64,000 nucleotides of DNA from Eledone cirrhosa (Eukaryota), in the NCBI GenBank assembly GCA_964016885.1, contig OZ024762.1, positions 1,674,001 to 1,738,000 on the forward strand. Reading direction: 5' to 3'. Position numbers and translations under genes: made by a program. The notes beneath the pieces were generated by a model, which saw nothing but the letters and a program-made list of their open reading frames with translations, did not search any database and had not been told where the DNA came from. This document shows positions 56,411 through 64,000 of this stretch, piece by piece. The stretch's first letter is position 1, and each line of letters opens with the position of its first letter.

Positions 56411-56680
56411 TCAGTCCTCTCCATTCTCCTCTATGGAGCAGAAACATGGACCCTCACAAAGACAGCTTCAATAGCAGAGCCCTGAGGACAATCGACAAAA
56501 GATGGGACCACTATGTTTCCAATAAAGTGCTGCCAACCCACATATCAACCTAATGGCCCTTACTCTTGTTTGATGCTATGGCTGCAGGCCCAGAAGGCTG
56601 GATATCATCAGGGAAGATCTTCAGAGGCTCAACATCACCCAGGAGTTGGGTTAGGATGACTCCAGCCTCGTCAAGCAAGA
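56411..56680 (+). mobile_element. Highly degenerate RTE LINE fragment
   Basis: Encodes SVLSILLYGAETWTLTK, the LLYG.ETW motif of RTE ORFs. Confidence 0.6.
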
Positions 56681-56832
56681 ATAGATGTACAAAATACTAG
56701 TTTTTCAGTTAATATACTTGAATATAAGGTGACCCACCTTCCCTATCTTGTGTTTGAGAAACATTATTTACATAGATTTTGAAGTTGGTGAAAATATTGA
56801 TAAGTCGACCCCCTTCTATTTGAGTATATCTT

Positions 56833-57470
56833 GTTATATATGTACAAAAGACTAGTAGTTCCTGAATTACTATATATACAAAACACTAGCAGTTCCTCAA
56901 TGGCTATATACCCTGTTATATATGTACAAAATACTAGCAGTTCCTCAATGGCTATATACCCTGTTATATATGTACAAAATACTAGCAGTTCCTCAATGGC
57001 TATATACCCTGTTATATATGTACAAAATACTAGCAGTTCCTCAATGGCTATATACCCTGTTATATATGTACAAAATACTAGTAGTTCCTCAATGGCTATA
57101 TACCCTGTTATATATGTACAAAAGACTAGTAGTTCCTGAATTACTATATATACAACATACTAGCAGTTCCTCAATGGCCATATACCCTGTTATATATGTA
57201 CAAAAGACTAGTAGTTCCTGAATTACTATATATACAAAATACTAGTAGTTCCTCAATGGCTATATACCCTGTTATATATGTACAAAATACTAGTAGTTCC
57301 TCAATGGCCATATACCCTATTATATATGTACAAAATACTAGTAGTTCCTCAATGGCTATATACCCTGTTATATATGTACAAAATACTAGTAGTTCCTCAA
57401 TGGCCATATACCCTATTATATATGTACAAAATACTAGTAGTTCCTCAATGGCTATATATCCCGTTATATT
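56833..57470. repeat. 45-bp minisatellite with interspersed 36-bp variant units
   Basis: Unit TACAAAATACTAG(C/T)AGTTCCTCAATGGCTATATACCCTGTTATATATG. Confidence 0.92.
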
Positions 57471-57594
57471 TATATATATAGAAACGGAAAGAAAGCGAGA
57501 TAACACTTGGAATATGTCGTGTTATCTCGCTTTCTTTCCGTTTCTTTTTTTTTTAAAAAGAAAGAAAACTTTAGCTATAAGTATGACTATTTGA

Positions 57595-57965
57595 CTCTGT
57601 AGAATTGCGGCTTGTGCGTGGCGCTGCACGTAGCGTTTCTGGCTTCGATGTCGTACTTCGGTATGGCTGACCACTCGATCGTGTCTGAAGTTCGAATCGT
57701 TGCGGGGTCGGCCGGGACCGTTGCAGGCTGGCTTTATGCTGGCCTGCTCTCCCGCCTCGCATGAGTTTTTGCCAAAAAATTCGATGAGAGTTATCTCCCC
57801 CTGAATTGAATTATTTGCCCTTTGTTGACATTGAGCTACTTCCGGTTTGTGGAAATCTACTTCCGTTGTTGTCATTTCTCTTCAATGTATTGAAGAAGTA
57901 ACATCGTTTTATTTACTCTGGGACTATTACTGACATTGGTTTGGATCTTACTTTCGTGTTGAGAG
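57595..57965 (+). promoter_or_regulatory. CpG-rich island, a putative promoter or first exon of a further gene
   Basis: Dense CpGs at 57600-57790, two ACTTCCG motifs (about 57838 and 57859), a possible donor GAG|GTTTGT at 57966 and a possible acceptor TTTCCAG at 59399. Confidence 0.4.
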
Positions 57966-57969
57966 GTTT

Positions 57970-58605
57970 GTAGAGTTCTATTTTAATACATTGCTACCAT
58001 ATACACACCTAACCTTCTCCATTATATACACTCTCTCCTGTAAACAGTGTAGAGTTCTATTTTAATACATTGCTACCATATACACACCTAACCTTCTCCA
58101 TTATATACACTCACTCCTGTAAACAGTGTAGAGTTCTATTTTAATACATTGCTACCATATACACACCTAACCTTCTCCATTATATACACTCACTCCTGTA
58201 AACAGTGTAGAGTTCTATTTTAATACATTGCTACCATATACACACCTAACCTTCTCCATTATATACACTCACTCCTGTAAACAGTGTAGAGGTCTATTTT
58301 AATACATTGCTACCATATACACACCTAACCTTCTCCATTATATACACTCACTAACTGTAAACAGTGTAGAGTTCTATTTTAATACATTGCTACCATATAC
58401 ACACCTAACCTTCTCCATTATATACACTCACTCCTGTAAACAGTGTAGAGGTCTATTTTAATACATTGCTACCATATACACACCTAACCTTCTCCATTAT
58501 ATACACTCACTCCTGTAAACAGTGTAGAGTTCTATTTTAATACATTGCTACCATATACACACCTAACCTTCTCCATTATATACACTCTCTCCTGTAAACA
58601 ATGTA
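57970..58605. repeat. 79-bp minisatellite, 8 copies
   Basis: Unit GTAGAGTTCTATTTTAATACATTGCTACCATATACACACCTAACCTTCTCCATTATATACACTCACTCCTGTAAACAGT. Confidence 0.95.
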
Positions 58606-58794
58606 GATATTAAGACATAAAACCCAGTAATGTCTCCTATGTACACAAGTCTCTCTAGGATATACAGACATGTTTTAACTCCATTTCTGATATTCAGACA
58701 CTACACTATACACTCTCTCTCTATAAAGTAGACATTGTAATGTTTTAACCTTTCTTCTCAGATATTTGAGACATAAAACTGAACTTATCTATAT

Positions 58795-59046
58795 TTACCT
58801 ACAGTATAACCCACCTCTATATATATCTACCTACAGTATAACCCACCTCTATATATATCTACCTACAATATAACCCACCTCTATATATATCTATCTACAA
58901 TATAACCCACCTCTATATATATCTACCTACAATATAACCCACCTCTATATATATATCTACCCACCTCTGTATATATATACCTACAATATAACCCACCTCT
59001 ATATATATATCTATCTACAATATAACCCACCTCTATATATATATCT
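58795..59046. repeat. ~32-34-bp minisatellite
   Basis: Unit ACCTACAATATAACCCACCTCTATATATATCT. Confidence 0.9.
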
Positions 59047-60144
59047 AATTACCTTTATGTTGAGTTTGATACCCATCTCTAGAGGTGTATAAGAAACTAT
59101 ATAATAGAGACACATAAATATTGCTAGGTACTGTAAATACCTGTTCCTTACACCAGGAGACTGTATTGTATACACACAAACAGTATATATCAATATAAGT
59201 GTATATATACATACAGACCTACATTTAATAATATAAATATAGCTGTAAGTTAAGAGACAGTATATATATATCAATATAACTTTATATATAGTGTTGTCTT
59301 AATGGAATAAAAGGAAGCAGGTGTTTCTATATATATATATATAGCTGTATGTCTGTCATTGTTTTTATATTCATTAACATCTCGTTTGTTTCTTTCCAGG
59401 TATGTTGAAGATCTACGTCAGGCCACCACAGTGTGTATATATATATACACAGATTGAAGAAATAAAAAAACTCCAACAACAAAATGTACTTTATTGCCTT
59501 TTATTTCACAGAAGAGGTTGTAGCTACATGTACTTGGTCCTGTATAGAGAAGAAAGTGTATACATATTCTATACATCTTTATTATATAAGTGTATAACAT
59601 ATATTTACTGTACTTGTTATATTTAGAAAGTATATATATTAGTGTTTCTATATTCTTTGGAATACACTTCTCTTTGTCTCACTGTATATATAGAAACATT
59701 CTATATACACATCATACCTTTTTATCTCTAAATGTATCTAGACAGTTCATAGGAGGAAGTTAATTATATACACAGTGAAGAATATTTATATAAAGATGTA
59801 GCTTTCTGTGTATATATACTTAGTAGTATGTATTAATATATACAGTTATTGCAGCCTCGACAGTAAGTGTGTGTGTATATATTAATGAATCTAGATACAA
59901 TTAGTATTATATATACCTCTACAGAGGATTATATACATTTCTATATATAGGATGTATTCAACTTACTTTTAGAAACATTCAGTCTGTGTGTATATGTATA
60001 CACAGCTATATATGTATGTCTAGTGAGATAGAATATATATACAGTAGCTAGTGGATAACTTTATATACAGTATCCAAGGAGTTTCTATCTTCAGATTATA
60101 TAGAGTTATGTCAAGAGAAGGTATATAATAGTTTAATTTCTAGA

Positions 60145-62857
60145 TATACACATGTATGTATATATATATACATATGTATATATATATACATATGTATATA
60201 TATACATATGTATATATATACATATGTATATATATATACATATGTATATATATACATATGTATATATATACATATGTATATATATACATATGTATATATA
60301 TACATACGTATGTATATATATACATATGTATGTATATATATACATATGTATATATATACATATGTATGTATATATACATATGTATATATATACATATGTA
60401 TATATATACATATGTATGTATATATACATATGTATATATATACATACGTATGTATATATATATACATACGTATGTATATATATATACATACGTATGTATA
60501 TATACATACGTATGTATATATACATACGTATGTATATATATACATACGTATGTATATATATACATACGTATGTATATACATACGTATGTATATATATACG
60601 TATGTATATATATACATACGTATGTATATATACATACATATGTATATATATACATACGTATATATATACATACGTATGTATATATACATACATATGTATA
60701 TATATACATATGTATATATATACGTATGTATACATACGTATGTATATATATACATGCGTATGTATATATATACATACGTATGTATATATACATACGTATG
60801 TATATATATACATACGTATGTATATGTATACATACGTATGTATATATATACATACGTATGTATATGTATACATACGTATGTGTATGTATATGTATATATA
60901 TACATACGTATGTTTGCATACATGCGTATGTATATATACATGCGTATGTATATATACATGCGTATGTATACATATGTATGTATATATATACATATGTATG
61001 TATACATACATATGTGTATGTATACATACGTATGTATATATATACGTATGTATACATACATATGTATGTATACATACATATGTATGTATATATATACGTA
61101 CATATGTATGTATACATACATATGTATGTATATATATACGTATGTATATATACATGCGTATGTATATATACATACATACGTATGTATATATACATATGTA
61201 TACATACATGCGTATGCATATATACATACGTATGTATATATATATACATACGTATGTATATATGCATACGCATGTATGTATACATATGTATATATACATA
61301 CGTATGTATGTATACATACGTATGTATATATACATACGTATGTATATGTATACATACGTATGTATGTATACATACATATGTGTATGTATACATACATATG
61401 TATATATATACATACGTATGTATATGTATACATGCGTATGTATATGTATACATACGTATGTATATATACATACGTATGTTTGCATACATACGTATGTATA
61501 TATATACATACGTATGTATATATACATGCGTATGTATGTATACATACGTATGTATGCATACATACGTATGTATATGTATACATGCGTATGTATATGTATA
61601 CATGCGTATGTATATGTATACATGCGTATGTATATGTATACATACGTATGTATATATATACATACGTATGTATATATATACATGCGTATGTATGTATACA
61701 TACGTATGTATGCATACATACGTATGTATATATATACATACGTATGTATGTATACATGCGTATGTATGTATACATACGTATGTATGTATACATACATACG
61801 TATGTATATATACATACGTATGTGTATGTATACATACGTATGTATATACGTACATATGTATACATACATGTGTATGTATATATATACATACGTTTGTATA
61901 CATACATGTATGTATACATACGTATGTATATATACATACGTATGTATGCATACATACGTATGTATGTATACATACGTATGTATGTATACATACGTACGTA
62001 TATATATGCATATGTATGTATACATACATATATGCATACATACATATGTATGCATATATACATATGTATGTATATATACATACGTATGTATATATATACA
62101 TACGTATGTATGTATACATACATACGTATGCTTATACATACATATGTATATATATATATACATACGTATATATATATACATATGTATGTATACATACGTA
62201 TGTATATATATATACATACGTATATATATATATACATATGTATGTATACATACGTATGTATAGATATATACGTATGTATACATACATATGTATGTATACA
62301 TACGTCTGTATACATACATACGTATGTATACATGCGTATGTATGTATACATACATATGTATGTATACATACATACGTATGTGTATATCAATATGTATGTA
62401 TATATATACATACATATGTATGTGTATATATACATACATATGTATGTGTATATATACATACGTATGTATGCTTATATACATACGTATGTATGCTTATATA
62501 CATACATATGTATGCTTATATACATATGTATGCTTATATACATACATATGTATATATATATACATACATATGTATATATATATACATACATATGTATGTA
62601 TATATATATACATACATATGTATATACATATGTATCTATATACATATGTATGTATATATATATACATATGTATGTATATACATACATATGTGTATATATA
62701 TACATATGTATATATACATATGTATGTATACATACATATGTATGTATATATACATACGTATGAATATATACATACGTATGTATATATACACACATATGTA
62801 TATATAAATACATACGTGTATATATATATACATACGTATGTATGTGTATATATATAT
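60145..62857. repeat. 2.7-kb alternating purine-pyrimidine satellite (TACATACGTATGTA / TACATATGTA)
   Basis: Direct inspection. Confidence 0.95.
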
Positions 62858-64000
62858 AGAAGATATAATAGTAAAGTAACAACTCTAGATTACTGTATAT
62901 ATATATATATATATATAGAAGATATAATAGTAAAGTAACACCTCTAGATTACTGTATATATATATATATATAGAAGATATAATAGTAAAGTAACACCTCT
63001 AGATTACTGTATATATATATATAGAAGTTATAATAATAAAGTAACACCTCTAGATTACTGTATATATATATATAGAAGAAATAATAATAAAGTAACACCT
63101 CTAGATTACTGTATATATATATATATAGAAGAAATAATAGTAAAGTAACACCTCTAGATTACTGTATATATATATATATAGAAGAAATAGTAATAAAGTA
63201 ACAACTCTAGATTACTGTATATATATATAGAAGATATAATAGTAAAGTAACACCTCTAGATTACTGTATATATATATAGAAGTTATAATAATAAAGTAAC
63301 ACCTCTAGATTACTGTATATATATATAGAAGATATAATAATAAAGTAACAACTCTAGATAACTGTATATATATATATAGAAGATATAATAGTAAAGTAAC
63401 ACCTCTAGATTACTGTATATAGATATATAGAAGATATAATAATAAAGTAACACCTCTAGATTACTGTATATAGATATATAGAAGATATAATAATAAAGTA
63501 ACAACTCTAGATTACTGTATATATATATATAGAAGATATAATAATAAAGTAACACCTCTAGATTACTGTATATAGATATATAGAAGATATAATAATAAAG
63601 TAACAACTCTAGATTACTGTATATATATAGAAGATATAATAATATAGTAACACCTCTAGATTACTGTATATATATATATAGAAGAAATAATAATAAAGTA
63701 ACACCTCTAGATAACTGTATATATATATATATATAGAAGATATAATAATATAGTAACACCTCTAGATTACTGTATATATATAGAAGAAATAATAATAAAG
63801 TAACACCTCTAGATTACTGTATATATATATAGAAGAAATAATAGTAAAGTAACAACTCTAGATTACTGTATATATATAGAAGATATAATAATAAAGTAAC
63901 ACCTCTAGATTACTGTATATATATATAGAAGATATAATAATAAAGTAACACCTCTAGATTACTGTATATAGATATATAGAAGATATAATAATAAAGTAAC
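62857..64000. repeat. ~48-58-bp satellite with a variable (TA)n segment, running off the window end
   Basis: Unit GAAGATATAATAATAAAGTAACACCTCTAGATTACTG(TA)n. Confidence 0.95.

Noticed and set aside
57522-57875. 117-aa minus-strand ORF in the CpG island
   Set aside because: No recognisable domain or splice support; better explained as promoter-like GC-rich sequence, though a divergent gene cannot be excluded.
60111-62938. Several 650-880-aa Y/I/H/T/M/C/V-rich ORFs
   Set aside because: Alternating purine-pyrimidine repeats cannot encode stop codons; the same artefact occurs at about 9, 15, 26 and 33 kb.
62857-64000. CRISPR-like appearance (constant unit with a variable segment)
   Set aside because: The variable part is only (TA)n length, there are no unique spacers or cas genes, and the context is eukaryotic. 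The same applies to the other minisatellites.

Overview
AT-rich, microsatellite-dense eukaryotic DNA. The SINE families, (TA)n load and tandem C2H2 zinc-finger genes suggest an octopus/coleoid cephalopod (inference). The window holds a complete 9-coding-exon RNF19A/B-like RBR E3 ubiquitin ligase gene on the + strand (841-25478, about 975 aa, all GT-AG phases consistent). It is followed by a C2H2 zinc-finger cluster of 14-, 11- and 12-finger ORFs, partly made by a recent ~6-6.7 kb tandem duplication with a 4-bp microhomology junction. Repeats include tRNA-derived SINEs, RTE and L1/Tx1 LINE fragments, Tc1/mariner and hAT MITEs, a TTAA-flanked piggyBac-like MITE carrying a 72-bp satellite, and many minisatellites. 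The most unusual signal is a set of short inverted-repeat elements embedded in (TA)n tracts that carry hammerhead ribozyme motifs. These include one canonical GUC-type hammerhead in sense orientation in an RNF19 intron, and a 461-bp palindrome with a minimal hammerhead on each strand (Penelope-like/retrozyme-type architecture). Most long ORFs in the track are repeat artefacts. All calls were made by eye, without database searches.
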